Origin: Eledone cirrhosa
Taxonomy: Eukaryota
DNA: 64,000 nt
Reading direction: 5' to 3'
Assembly (NCBI GenBank): GCA_964016885.1
Contig: OZ024744.1
Location: 74,028,001 to 74,092,000 of the forward strand
In this document: one piece after another, positions 26,791-43,860 of the stretch
Position numbering within the stretch: position 1 is the first letter of the stretch
Layout of the letters: each line of letters starts with the position of its first letter
Program-made: the position numbers and the translations under genes
The notes under the pieces: generated by a model
What the model was told of the DNA's origin: nothing
The model's database searches: none
The model's input: the letters and a program-made list of their open reading frames with translations, nothing else

Positions 26791-27712
26791 TAGTCTTTTC
26801 AAGACTATACAGAAATAGTATTTTCAAGACTATACAGAGCATTTGAAGTTGTCCCAATTTGAAGGATGAGTACTTTAGAATTGGTTTTATCATGAGTTAA
26901 GGCTGTATTGATTTTTCCCTGGATTTCTCTAAATTCTCTTCGATAAATCTATATCCTCATTCTTTTTGAATTAAGTTTGAATTATTTTTCCCATATCTTA
27001 TGTTAACTATTTTCCCATTTTGACGCTACAGTCACTTATATATTATGGAATACTGTTAGCTTCTCGCTACAACAATTTCTATACTTTTCATTTATATATA
27101 TATTCTCGGATTTATTTCCTAGAGTGCTTAAATTATTTGTGACTAATCCCGGTATTTAAAAAAAAAAGACCGCGATAATATTGCTTTTTGCTGAACTCCT
27201 TATTGTAGATTTTTTTTCGGAATGTTTTTGACTGTTGTTTCATGTAAACAAACATACGTCTCATTCTGACGTCACCAGCCCTGTTTTTCCACATGTGCGT
27301 TTTATTTTCATAATCACGCATGATGTTAAACTAGCCTGCTTTTAAATTCCCTTTTTGGCATATTAATCAGTGATACTTTGGTTACCATGTTGAGCTCTGC
27401 TGATGAACGAAATCCAACCGTGACCATCCCCACTGAAGGTGTTCGTGAAATAGTATTTTCAAGACTATACAGAGCATTTGAAGCTGTCCCAAATTGAAGG
27501 ATGAGTACTTTAGACTTTGTTTTATCATGAGTTAAGGCTCTATTGATTTTTCCCTGGATTTCTCTAAATTCTCTTGGATAAATCTATATCCTGATTCTTT
27601 TTGAATTGAGTTTGAATTATTTTTCCCATATCTTATGTTAACTATTTTCCCATTTCGACGCTATATTATGGAATACTGTTAGCTTCTCGTTACAACAATT
27701 TCTATACTTTTC

Positions 27713-27718
<6 letters not shown>
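26791..27718 (+). mobile_element. Retrozyme-like element, monomer about 635 bp, about 1.4 copies
   Basis: 26812-27095 repeated at 27447-27718; intact HHR spans the repeat junction; TA flanks. Confidence 0.88.
27394..27475 (+). ncRNA. Type I hammerhead ribozyme
   Basis: gctctg-CTGATGA-acgaa...ttcgt-GAAA-tagt attttcaag acta-TA-cagagc; all three stems pair. Confidence 0.92.
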
Positions 27719-28547
<829 letters not shown>

Positions 28548-28999
28548 TAAGAGAGTAAAACAAAGAATCATTTAATACATCAAAAGTTTTTATTAGCCGA
28601 CAATATACATACATACTTACATTTAAGTAAGTGCTGTACTAAGAGTGAGAAATGAAATTTCGTTTTCATTTTATTACAACTTATCGTTTTCGGTACGCCT
28701 GGCCGAACTCACTCGATATGCAAATTAGGCTGCTCAGCCGTTAATTTTCATAAGGAATGTATATACTTTCGAACGTTCAACCATCTGGCAGAAGGGTATA
28801 CGGTGCTGATGATAGCTAACAAGCTTGAAACTAGTACATCGTTCCTGTGTCAGTGTTGAACAAATAGGTGACGCGGTTGCCTTAACACCGTACGACATAA
28901 ATTCAGGCTGTTCAGTTTGTTTACAAACGAACAAAGCGGGCGTTATAATAAGCGTCCGCTAAACTGATACGTACATATATGTATGTGTACATATATGTA

Positions 29000-29032
<33 letters not shown>

Positions 29033-29147
29033 GCATGCTACTGTACGTCTGTATACATATATGTATGTACGTATACATACTTACATTTAAGTAAGTGCCG
29101 TACTAAGAGTGAGAATTGAAATTTGGTTTTCATTTTATTACAACTTA
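28548..29147 (+). mobile_element. Retrozyme-like family B (monomer about 465 bp) with terminal direct repeat
   Basis: About 28610-28684 repeated at 29073-29147; octamer at 28718, TATA-like at 28760, HHR at 28801. Confidence 0.85.
28801..28841 (+). ncRNA. Type I hammerhead ribozyme (minimal)
   Basis: cggtg-CTGATGA-tagc taacaa gctt-GAAA-ctag-TA-catcg; extended stem I gttcaac..ctggca / tgtcag..gttgaac. Confidence 0.88.
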
Positions 29148-29171
29148 TATATATATATATATTTATATATA

Positions 29172-29280
29172 TCAAGATAAATTAAGGGAGCCACAGACTC
29201 TCGTTATTCCCTGTAAATTATGTGCTCAAAGGAAAAGGAATCCTGAGCTCTTTAAAATACAATATGTAGAAAGGGTAACA

Positions 29281-29325
<45 letters not shown>

Positions 29326-29775
29326 GATAGATAGAGAGAGGGAGAGAGAGAGGGGGGAGAGAGAGGGGGAGGGAGAGAGAGACATAGAGATAGAGAGAGC
29401 GTATGTGCCATCAATAAAACAGGGAAAAACCACCAGTGTATGGAATGTATAATCTATGGAAGGCAGGGTAGACATACAATAATTAGAGATATAAATTAAC
29501 ATGCACATACGCACCTCTATAACTATATAACACACTTACAAATCTAAAGAGATCTGTTTGGACCAGAAATTATTGATTGAAAAGGAAGCGCCTATGGTTC
29601 ATCAGCGTGTGTAAGACTATACATTCCAGACAATTTAAAGAAAATATAAGATAACCGTCCTGCAACACGCGGCAGTGAGATGTTACAGCGTGTTTAGGGC
29701 AGTGAACCAGTGGTATCTGAGTCACGAGCTGCTAGAAATGGCATCCCAAAACCCCTCAAAGAGATGTGTTCAACC

Positions 29776-29813
<38 letters not shown>

Positions 29814-29953
29814 GATTGTTATAAGGAGCGAAATATCAAGATAAATTAAGGGAGCCATAGACTCTCGTTATTCCCTGTAAATTATGTGCTCAAAGGAAAA
29901 GGAATCCTGAGCTCTTTAAAATACAATATGTTGAAAGGGTAATTGATTGCACA

Positions 29954-30008
<55 letters not shown>

Positions 30009-30062
30009 ACTCTCTCTCTCTCCATCTCTCTCTCTCTCTATTGTGTTACCCTTTCTACATAT
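29172..30062 (-). mobile_element. Second copy of the 3177 family, partial tandem plus short terminal inversion
   Basis: Reverse complement of 3177-3768 with (GA)n expansions; 29172-29280 repeated at 29836-29942; 30043-30062 inverted. Confidence 0.88.
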
Positions 30063-30065
30063 TTA

Positions 30066-30112
<47 letters not shown>

Positions 30113-30119
<7 letters not shown>

Positions 30120-31045
30120 AATAGGATTTCACTTCAATATATATAAATATTTCGTATCTCTAAAGAAATACGGTTTTAGGAAGCCGTAGCTATACAAACA
30201 CCGAGGGGCTGACGCCCTCTGGTGATGTCCAGCGGAAGCAAGGGGAAGAACCGTCTCTGCATTTCAGACTTAACTGGCCTTCATCAGAATGGTCTCTCCC
30301 ACCGCCTGCGACTGCTGGACTAGAAGACAGGCGAGAATATATACTTTTCTCGTCTGTGTAAATGAGGTGATTAATCTCATTTTCATATGAAGCTGCATAA
30401 GTTGGCTCAACTGATAATAAAAAAGAAATAGGATTTCGCTTCAAGCATAGCTTTATACAATATGTATAAATATTTCTTTTTTATTATAAGTTGAGCCAAC
30501 TTATGCAGCTTCATATGCAAATGAGATTAATCACCTCATTTACACAGACGAGAAAAGTATGTATTCTCGCCTGCCTTCTAGTCCAGCAGTCGCAAGCGGT
30601 AGGAGGGACCGTCTTGACGAAGGCCAGTTAAGGCTGAAATGCATAGACGGTTGTACCCCTTGCTTCTGCTGGACATCACCAGAGGACGTTATTCCCCCGG
30701 TGTTTGCATAGCTACGGCTTCCTAAAACCGTATTTCTTTGGAGATACGAAATATTTATACATATTGTATAAAGCTATGCTTGAAGCGAAATCCTATTTCT
30801 TTTTTATTATAAGTTGAGCCAATTTATGCAGCTTCATATGCAATTGAGTTGAATCACCTTATTTACACAGAAGAGAAAAGTATATATTCTCACATGCCTT
30901 CTAGTCCAGCAGTCGCAAGCGGTGGAAAAGACCGTCCTGACGAAGGCCAGTTAAACCTGAAATGCATAGACGGTTGTCCCCTTGCTTCTGCCGGACATAG
31001 CTACAGCTTACTAAAACAGTATTTCTTTGGAGATACGAAATATTT

Positions 31046-31050
<5 letters not shown>
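30113..31050. mobile_element. Retrozyme-like family A locus 2: inverted monomer plus tandem dimer
   Basis: 30113-30472 inverted; 30475-30800 and 30800-31050 direct; three HHR copies; TA flanks. Confidence 0.9.
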
Positions 31051-31080
<30 letters not shown>

Positions 31081-31173
31081 AAGTAATTCCGTCGGAAAGG
31101 TCCAGGAAAAAAGAGTGCTCTATGTAGGTTACAGAGCTTATTAGTTATGTAATAAACAACATAAGATAATTAT

Positions 31174-31231
31174 TTCATTTACCAGTGGTTTCTTGAAAGA
31201 AAACAAATTTGCGTTCATTCATCAGAATGAA
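31174..31231 (-). ncRNA. Type I hammerhead ribozyme
   Basis: Minus strand ttcatt-CTGATGA-atgaa...ttcaa-GAAA-ccactgg-TA-aatgaa. Confidence 0.82.
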
Positions 31232-31464
31232 AAAATCCTGGTGTATTTATTGAAAGTGGATTTGCAAAACAAAAATATAATAAATATGGAAGTGAGGATG
31301 GAGGAAGAAGAAGATAAGGAGAAAAAGAATAATAAATATAAACGTATATAAACACACACGCACAAACACACATACATATATATAAATATATATACATATA
31401 TATACATATACACACATATATATATATATATACCCATACATACACATACACATAGATAGACAAG

Positions 31465-31508
<44 letters not shown>

Positions 31509-31742
31509 TATACATATACATATATATGTATACACACATACATACACACACATACATACACACATATACACACATTCATACGCACACACATATAAGATAT
31601 ATATACCTACATACGCAATCACATACAAATAAAAATATAAAAATAAAAAAATAATTATTGAGTTGACAGTGATTCAGAGGAGGAGAAAGGCACAAATAAA
31701 ACAACAAACAGATGTGGTAAGCAAATGCACAATATGAAATAA

Positions 31743-31837
<95 letters not shown>

Positions 31838-31973
31838 TATACAAGCATACACATACAACATATATACACATACACCAAAAAATACACACACATAAATATA
31901 TACAGTACAAACATATACACAGAAAAGTGTATACATACGAATACATATGTATTCGTATGTATACACTTTTCTG

Positions 31974-32023
<50 letters not shown>

Positions 32024-32359
32024 CATACATACATACATATATATATACACACATATATATAAAAAAAACATACACACACATATACAATTCACATTCATAC
32101 ACATTGATACGCATGCATATACTCACAATCAGACGAATAAGAAAATATATATAAATGTAATTGATTATACACACATCGAAAAACATATAAATACATTCAC
32201 GTACATGAGAAAAAATACATACAACCACATACACACATATATATAAGTAAATTACTTTTATATAAAAAAACATATATAAAAAAAACTATATATAAAGATA
32301 TATAAAGATATAAATACACACATACGCATAAGTACGTACACATACATACGCACACACAT

Positions 32360-32396
<37 letters not shown>

Positions 32397-32512
32397 CACA
32401 CATACACACATACTCACACATATATATATACATACATATATACATATACATACATATGCGCGCGCACACACACACACACACACATATCTATCTATCTATC
32501 TATATATGTATA

Positions 32513-33137
<625 letters not shown>

Positions 33138-33146
33138 CATAAATAC

Positions 33147-33211
<65 letters not shown>

Positions 33212-33418
33212 AATTAAAAGATGGAAGGGGTATTTAAATAGTCGGGAATACGACAAATAATAAATAAAGGTATAAATGATTATAGCTGATTTAGAGCACT
33301 CAACAAGTTCCTTTAGCAAATAATCAATGAAAATAAACATTAAATAACTGTGTTTGTAATAATGCATATACATACATATATATACATACACACACAACCA
33401 TATACATACATATATATA

Positions 33419-33496
<78 letters not shown>

Positions 33497-33501
<5 letters not shown>

Positions 33502-33687
33502 TTATACTTTGGGAGGGTCATGTTGCCAATAAGAAACACACGCACCAGTTGTTTCACTTCAATTTATTATATATTTATAAATTTATAAATTTACAAATCT
33601 ACAAACTTGTAAATTTCTGGTTGGTTGGTTGGTCGGTTTCAACACACGATTTCAGATAAAGAATCTTGCTAAACAAATTCAGAAACG

Positions 33688-33690
<3 letters not shown>
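33497..33690. mobile_element. Rearranged short copy of the 42611 family
   Basis: 33497-33630 is the reverse complement of 42820-42942; 33633-33690 matches 42943-43000 directly. Confidence 0.8.
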
Positions 33691-33721
<31 letters not shown>

Positions 33722-33852
33722 TTATATACACACACACACACATATACAAAGAGTTACATCACCACATGAATAAAAATACGCACACACACATATAAACACA
33801 CACACACACACATATATATATACATATATATACACACGCATATATATAGAAT

Positions 33853-33934
<82 letters not shown>

Positions 33935-33964
33935 TACTCATATACACAAATACATACATACACA

Positions 33965-34252
33965 CAGAAATAAATAGCGGTGGGTGTGTAAAGGGTAAGG
34001 TAGAAAGTAGGGGGGAATAAGAAGAATAAATAACATAGGAAAGATAAGGGAGAAAAAGAATATAAGGGTTCAGAAAGTGTGTTCAGAGAGTAATAAAAAT
34101 CGTAGTGGATGTAAGGCGTAAAGAGCAAAGAAGAAATTCTAGGTGGTTGGGTTATCGTAGGAATGTCAATCTAGTTTCAGAGCAGATGAGGACTACAGGT
34201 GAGGACAACATCTGGTGATCTCGGTCTTGGAGTCAAGGCAAGTTGAAGTAAG
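33965..34252 (-). mobile_element. PLE (Nematis-like) extreme 3' end and UTR fragment
   Basis: Minus strand [14 protein letters not shown] resembles the LNKRxExxSxCxH terminal motif of the other copies. Confidence 0.5.
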
Positions 34253-34260
34253 TATACATG

Positions 34261-34295
<35 letters not shown>

Positions 34296-34316
34296 GTATA
34301 TATATAAATGTATATA

Positions 34317-37230
<2,914 letters not shown>

Positions 37231-37233
<3 letters not shown>

Positions 37234-37405
37234 GTCCCGGATTCAACCGGGGGTAACTACAGTAAGTGAAGTACTCAATACATTAGTAGATTATATACAA
37301 AATTTAATATAGAAATGGCTTCTAGAGGACTAGAAATGTTTCATTCGTAAGAAATCATCAGAATTCTAGTCCTGTAGAAGCCAATTTTATATTAAATTTT
37401 ATATA
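37231..37405 (-). mobile_element. Second copy of the 12945 fold-back family
   Basis: Shared tail and arms; minus strand CTGATGA tttcttacgaat GAAAC. Confidence 0.8.
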
Positions 37406-37407
37406 TG

Positions 37408-37459
<52 letters not shown>

Positions 37460-37463
<4 letters not shown>

Positions 37464-37662
37464 CGAAGGAAATGTGGTAAGGAACCAGGTGGACCATAAC
37501 GCACCGAAGTACTCAATACTTAGGGTAGTAGAGTGGGTAATAGGAACGAGTAGGACCCCGACGGCTGAGCTCAAGCCGTTTCGACGGCTAATTCTGGACT
37601 AATTCTAGTCCAGACTTAGCCGTCGAAACGGCTTGAGCTCAGTCGTCGGGGTCCTACTCGTT

Positions 37663-37667
<5 letters not shown>
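37460..37667 (-). mobile_element. Fold-back HHR-remnant element (family P), copy 3
   Basis: Reverse orientation of the 14348-type element; TA flanks. Confidence 0.88.
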
Positions 37668-37705
<38 letters not shown>

Positions 37706-39575
37706 TAAACTTGTTGAAATAAGAGAAACTGATAATATATTTGATCATGTAAGATACATAATTATATTTGCTTCATATAAACTAAAGCTTTTTTCATTCT
37801 CTTACATTTGATATATATAGTAAACGAAATTATTCTTCCCACAGTGACGATATAAGTTGGTCTCTTGAATAGTCTTCCTTGAGACACGTAAATAACTACC
37901 ATCCATCTATTCATTATATTTCTCTTCGATTCTAATCTGAATCATTTATATCTTATTTGCTTTAGTATTTAAATGTATAATGAAGATGTAGAAATTTTGA
38001 ATGCTTACCGATCTTTTGTGAATATTACATTTTTACAGACTAGAAAGAATTTCCATTTTTTTTTCTTTCTAAACCAAGTTAGATCCCAATCGGATCCAAT
38101 CTACTTTATATTTTCAACCTTATCTTTATTGCTCGAAGAAATAAATGTATCAAATATTTTCTCTTTTGATAACGTTTTACGTATTTATTTATCATAATAT
38201 CTAAGATTTCAGTTTTGAAGGTCTGTAATAGGATATTTCTTTCTCTGATAACACGAGTAAAATTTCATTTAATTTATTATTATTATTTTTTATCATTATT
38301 CAATTACTTTTTTTTACCTAGAAAATACAAAAATGTGTTGCATTACAGATAAATAGGATATGACAGAATAAAATACATTTCTAAAATATTAATGCTTTTA
38401 TTAGTGAAAACATTTGGTGATTTATATAGATTTCCTCAATTGCCTTTGTTTTTAACAATATAACGCATTCACACGTTTCTACCCAGAAACAAATCTTTGA
38501 CTTTTCGTTTACACACACGTGTCATTGATAAATGGAAACCACAACTGTTGAGTACCGGGTAAAATAACTTTATGTATTTATTTACACATTCTTATGATTT
38601 CAATTCATATCAAACATTTCATACTTCTGGAGTTGATAAGATATACACCGGTATAATATTGATTTCATATTTAGGAACAGGGCCAGTAAATTTAGGAAAA
38701 AATACAAATTTAATCAAAACATCCCCAGTATTTGAGTAATATTCTATTTAATCGACCCTCTTAAGTTAACTGGTCTTTAGGGTTCCATTAAGTTTGTTTC
38801 TATTGCAAAGTCTCTAAACATTTCAGAATATTCTGATTCAATTTCTTTCTCTGAGTTATAGTTTTACCACTTATCTTCGCACCCAAATCCTCATTTCTAG
38901 CTTAGTTTCCAACGCAAGATCTTAGCTATTTCATCATGTCTCCTATTTTTGTATTCATTTTGCGATCCTCTGCCTAAGTCATACAAAATTCAATTTAATA
39001 TCCATTTCTGACACGCATATTTTATTTTTTCCTATGTTTTAAGTAAAGGTTTCAACAGAGTAACTAAAACAGTATTTCTCTGACTAAAATTCTCCATGTA
39101 TTTTATGTAATCACCTTAACTTCTATCTTTAAATTGTGCTAGAATATACTGTGCATTTCATCCTTGTAAGGTCAATAAAAATACAACCAACAGTTTACTG
39201 TAATCTGCTGTTTTATTTTCCTTGTGTCAAAGTTAGATATCTACATACTTCAATGCAAAATAGAGCTTGGTAACTGTCTTCCTTATTCAGGAGCTTAACT
39301 TTTACTCCATAGTGCTTATAAATCATTTCAACATAGTTCTTATTGTTATTGTTTAGCTCCTGGAGACCCGTGTGGAAGAGTAGTGGGACACTTTCTTTGT
39401 TGTCTTCTTATATTACTCGTTGATATTTAATAGTCCTCTATCCACTTCCCACCTAGGGATGGCATTTATTGCTAGACGTGTTGTATATTATGTGTTTTTA
39501 GTACTGGTGTTATACCCTATGTAATCTAGATCTGTCAGGTTCAAGCCTAATACAATTGAGCCACATGTTATAACT

Positions 39576-39756
39576 ATTAGCAGTATCGATAGAGCGTAAG
39601 ACACCATGATTTGCAGCATAGAGTTATGGCCCTTTGCGTTCTGAGTTCAACTCCCGCCGAGGTTAACTTTGTCTTTGTCTTTCATCCTTAATAAGATAAA
39701 GCACCAGTAATGCACTGGGATTATTGCTGTTCTTGTGCCAAAAGTAAAAGCAATTA
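39576..39756 (+). mobile_element. tRNA-derived SINE (family 1), diverged
   Basis: attagcagtatcgatagagc...gagttcaactcccgccgaggttaactttg. Confidence 0.8.
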
Positions 39757-39944
39757 TTTACTTACCATATACCTATACCACGTATTAGTGCAGATATATT
39801 CATTTACATCCATCATATTTCGATATTCAAATATATCAATCAACAGAAGAACAGTCTAATTGATTTTGGTTTGGATGGAGTGAGATATTTAATTAATCAT
39901 ATCCAGTCGAATTATCGATTTCGAATGATGAATAACGATATATA

Positions 39945-40067
39945 CCGTATTTCCCGGAGTCGAAGACGCTACTTTTTTTCTTTAAAAAAGTCTCAAAAAT
40001 CTACTATGCTTGTCAATATTAGGGTGCGTCCTCGAGGACCAAGCGTCTTTGGCGCCGGCAAATACTG
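39945..40067. mobile_element. MITE (Tc1/mariner-pogo type)
   Basis: TIRs CCGTATTTCCCGGAGTCGAAGACGC / GCGTCTTTGGCGCCGGCAAATACTG with TA on both sides. Confidence 0.75.
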
Positions 40068-40436
40068 TACCATGAAGATTTTTGAACTCAGAACATAAAC
40101 GGCTGCAACGAAAACAAATCTATAAAAAACGCTAAAAAAGATTCTTCTGCTTCGTGTTCTTAACATTAATGCATTGACATTTGTATTCATGTTAGTGCGG
40201 AGAATATCTATGTTTCCACCGGATTACACACATTGAAAAAGCTAGAGAGACGGAGGTATTTCTAAATCAGAGACGCCCACAACGCTGACCTTAACATTCA
40301 ATGTGTAATGTAAAAAATGTATGTATGTATGTATGTTTGTATATATGTATGTCTCTTTCTTTTCTCTCTCTCTCTATAGATATATATATGCGTGTGTGTT
40401 GCTCGAGCGTGTGAGTGTATATATGTATATGCATAA

Positions 40437-40483
<47 letters not shown>

Positions 40484-40485
<2 letters not shown>

Positions 40486-41895
40486 AAATTAAGATAGATT
40501 AAAAGAATTCAAAAGAATCGAAATTGTGGGTGTCATTCCATAACGGAATGCACCATATCGCCCGGAAAATAAGCTCTAGGACCTTGTAGGTACGAGCATT
40601 TAATAATAACTAGGAATTGATCAACATATATATAAATAAATATAAACATGAAAAATCACAGGAGATAATTTCTACAAGCGTGTAACCACGCATGGCTAGT
40701 AGGTAACAAGTAAATAAAGTTAACTAGAACTTCAAAAATATATACCTTTTAATGATTAATCTTGCCTGTATATATTTCATTAAAGAAATATATTTCACCA
40801 ATTAATCAGATGGTAAGTCACGGAAAGTGGATATTATTGGATTATCAACAAGGAAGAATAATATCAAGCGATCCATGTTTACACTTCGAGTCAACATCTT
40901 AAACTGGCCGTTACCACGTGTTGATATTACACATCACAGCGGCTTCGTTTCAGTGGCGTGAATAGGTATTTGACAACTAGAAATAGCAGTCAATTCCCTT
41001 CAACAGAGTTAGCTCTACAATTAAGGAGCAGTATTTATATATCTATATCCAAAATTAAGATAGATTAAAAGAATTCAATCAGAATCTAAATTGTGGGTGT
41101 CATTCCATAACGGAATGCGCCATATCGCCCGGAAAATAAGCTCCAGGACTTTGTAGGTACGAGCATTTAATAATAACTAGGAATTGATTAACATATATAT
41201 AAATAAATATAAACATGAAAAACTTTATTTACTTGTTACCTACTAGCCATGCGTGGTTACACGCTTGTAGAAATTATCTCCTGTGATTTTTCATGTTTAT
41301 ATTTATTTATATATATGTTAATAAATTCCTAGTTATTATTAAATGCTCGTACCTACAAAGTCCTAGAGCTTATTTTCCGGGCGATATGGCGCATTCCGTT
41401 ATGGAATGACACCCACAATTTAGATTCTGATTGAATTCTTTTAATCTATCTTAATTTTGGATATAGATATATAAATAATGCTCCTTAATTGTAGAGCTAA
41501 CTCTGTTGAAGGGAATTGACTGCTATTTCTAGTTGTCGAATACCTATTCACGCCACTGAAACGAAGCCGCTGTGATGTGTAATATCAACACGTGGTAACG
41601 GCCAGTTTAAGATTTTGACTCGAAGTGTAAACATGGATCGCTTGATATTACTCTTCCATGTTGATAATCCATTAATATCCACTTTCCGTGACTTACCATC
41701 TGATTAATTGGTGAAATATATTTCTTTAATGAAATATATACAGGCAAGATTAAAAAAGGTATATATTTTTGAAGTTCTAGTTAACTTTATTTACTTGTTA
41801 CCTACTAGCCATGCGTGGTTACACGCTTGTAGAAATTATCTCCTATGATTTTTCATGTTTATATTTATTTATATATATGTTGATCAATTCCTAGT

Positions 41896-41900
<5 letters not shown>
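40484..41900. mobile_element. 1.4-kb palindrome built from a monomer of about 565 bp (about 1.3 + 1.2 copies)
   Basis: 40484-40655 repeated at 41050-41222; 41221-41900 is the inverted multimer; TA flanks; HHR-like variant at 41692-41748. Confidence 0.9.
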
Positions 41901-41948
<48 letters not shown>

Positions 41949-42119
41949 AGTTAATATAAATTAATATATTTGATAAACACAAATACCAACATATCCGTGT
42001 TTGTATTGTAAACGACTAAGTTAGCTAGATTGAAAAATACTAATTATAATAATACAGTTTGCCTGTCTCGATTTAAAATAATAAATCAATAAAAACAAAG
42101 CATATTGGCAGATGGCCGT

Positions 42120-42249
42120 GGTGCTTGGACAAATTTAAATTTCAAAATCAAACCTGTTCCGTAGACAGGTTTAAACCTTAAAATCCAAATAAGTTTCGAA
42201 AAATGAAAAAGTGAAAGAATACCACATTTCTATCTCCTCAGCAAGCACC
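42120..42249 (-). ncRNA. Type I hammerhead ribozyme with long stem III
   Basis: Minus strand ggtgcttg-CTGAGGA-gatagaaatg...catttttc-GAAA-(about 63-nt hairpin)-GTC-caagcacc; perfect 8-bp stem I. Confidence 0.85.
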
Positions 42250-42524
42250 AGAAAAATTGGTATGTTCCACTTCAAAATATTTAAAAAGACTGTTTAACGC
42301 ACATGGTTTTTCACACATGGTTATCCAGTGTCTAGCTGCCCCATACTCGTGCTGCTAGAAATAACAGCCGTTTATATGGGGCTAAATTGTATTACACGGC
42401 TCATAAATACTTCTTTCTTTGAGCTATTTCATTGTAAAGGACTGCCTGAGTTTTGAACTCATTATTAATAGTATATATATATATAAATATATATACGCAC
42501 ACACACATATATATAGTTATATAT

Positions 42525-42570
<46 letters not shown>

Positions 42571-42610
42571 GCACGCAGTCACACACACATATATATATAT
42601 ATAATTATAT

Positions 42611-43000
42611 ATGCTGTTATACTTTGGAAGGATCATGTTGCCAATAAGAAACACGCCATCTTGTTTTTGTGTGTGACACACACAAAAACAAGATGGCGTA
42701 GGACAGAACAAAGGACAGGCACAAAAACAGAGAAAAGAATCCCCAGTCACTGAAGAGGTCACAGAATGTGTGACAAAATAACATTGACAATATATAAACA
42801 ATCATCTGGTTGTGGAACTAACCAACCAGCCAGAAATTTATAAATTCCTAAATTTATATAATTATTACAATAAATTGAAGTGAAAGCAACTGGTGCTTGT
42901 GTTTCTTATTGGCAACATGACCCTCCCAAAGTATAACAATATCGGCTTCAACACACGTTTTCAGATAAAGAATCTTGCTAAACAAATTCAGAAACGAAAT
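42611..43000 (+). mobile_element. pLTR-like element with nested inversions and degenerate HHR
   Basis: gtca-CTGAAGAG-gtcac agaatgt gtgac-aaaa-taacat-tgac at 42746-42788; near-perfect hairpin at 42653-42699; 42615-42653 inverted relative to 42898-42938. Confidence 0.75.
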
Positions 43001-43061
43001 AATTATATATGTATATATATATATATTTATATATATATATAATTATATATCTATATAATTA

Positions 43062-43151
<90 letters not shown>

Positions 43152-43164
43152 TATATGTATATAT

Positions 43165-43823
43165 AATAAATGTAATCTGAGTTGAATGAACACTTCATTC
43201 TTGCTCTTGTGTTGGCATGTGAACAGAACTGCAGACACTAATGTTTCTGGGAATCACCCTTCATCAGTACAGCTCACTGTTCACCTACCAAACTGTCAAA
43301 GCTAGTGAAAATATATGCTATTTTCGAAAATACACAGTGACTGATCAAATAAAAAAGGCTTGTTTGCATAATTGCAAACGAAGCGAATGTTATTAATATT
43401 CGATAAAACTCAGATTACATTTATTGTATTCAGCCATGTAGAGCGAAATTTTCTTTTTTATTTGAATGTGGCAAAGCCGGCCAAATATCACTCGTATACA
43501 GGAAATGACTGGTCAGTCTGCTCATATGCAAATCTGGCTGATCAGTGGATCGGCTAATATGCAGATCTGACTGATCGGCCAGCCTGCTAATATGCATATC
43601 AGGCCGATCAGTCACTGTGTATTTTTTAAAATAGCATATATTTTCACTAGCTCTGACAGTTTGGCAGGTGAACAGTGAGCTGTACTGATGAAGGGTGATG
43701 CCCAGAAACATTAGAGTCTGCAGTTCTGTTCACATGCCAACACAAGAGCAAGAATGAAGAGTTCATTCTACTGACATGGCTATAAAATTAAGGCTCGTTT
43801 GCATAATTGCAAACGAATCGAAT
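43165..43823 (+). mobile_element. Retrozyme-like family C (monomer about 435 bp), fold-back plus partial tandem
   Basis: 43184-43346 inverted relative to 43606-43768; 43355-43389 repeated at 43790-43823; three tandem octamer-like units at 43524-43612. Confidence 0.88.
43680..43723 (+). ncRNA. Type I hammerhead ribozyme
   Basis: ctgta-CTGATGA-aggg tgatg ccca-GAAA-cattagag-TC-tgcag; stem I extends tggcaggtgaacag / ctgttcacatgcca; mirror copy at 43228-43272 (-). Confidence 0.9.
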
Positions 43824-43860
43824 CTTTGCAGCAAAGAGTTACGTCCCTTTATATATATTT

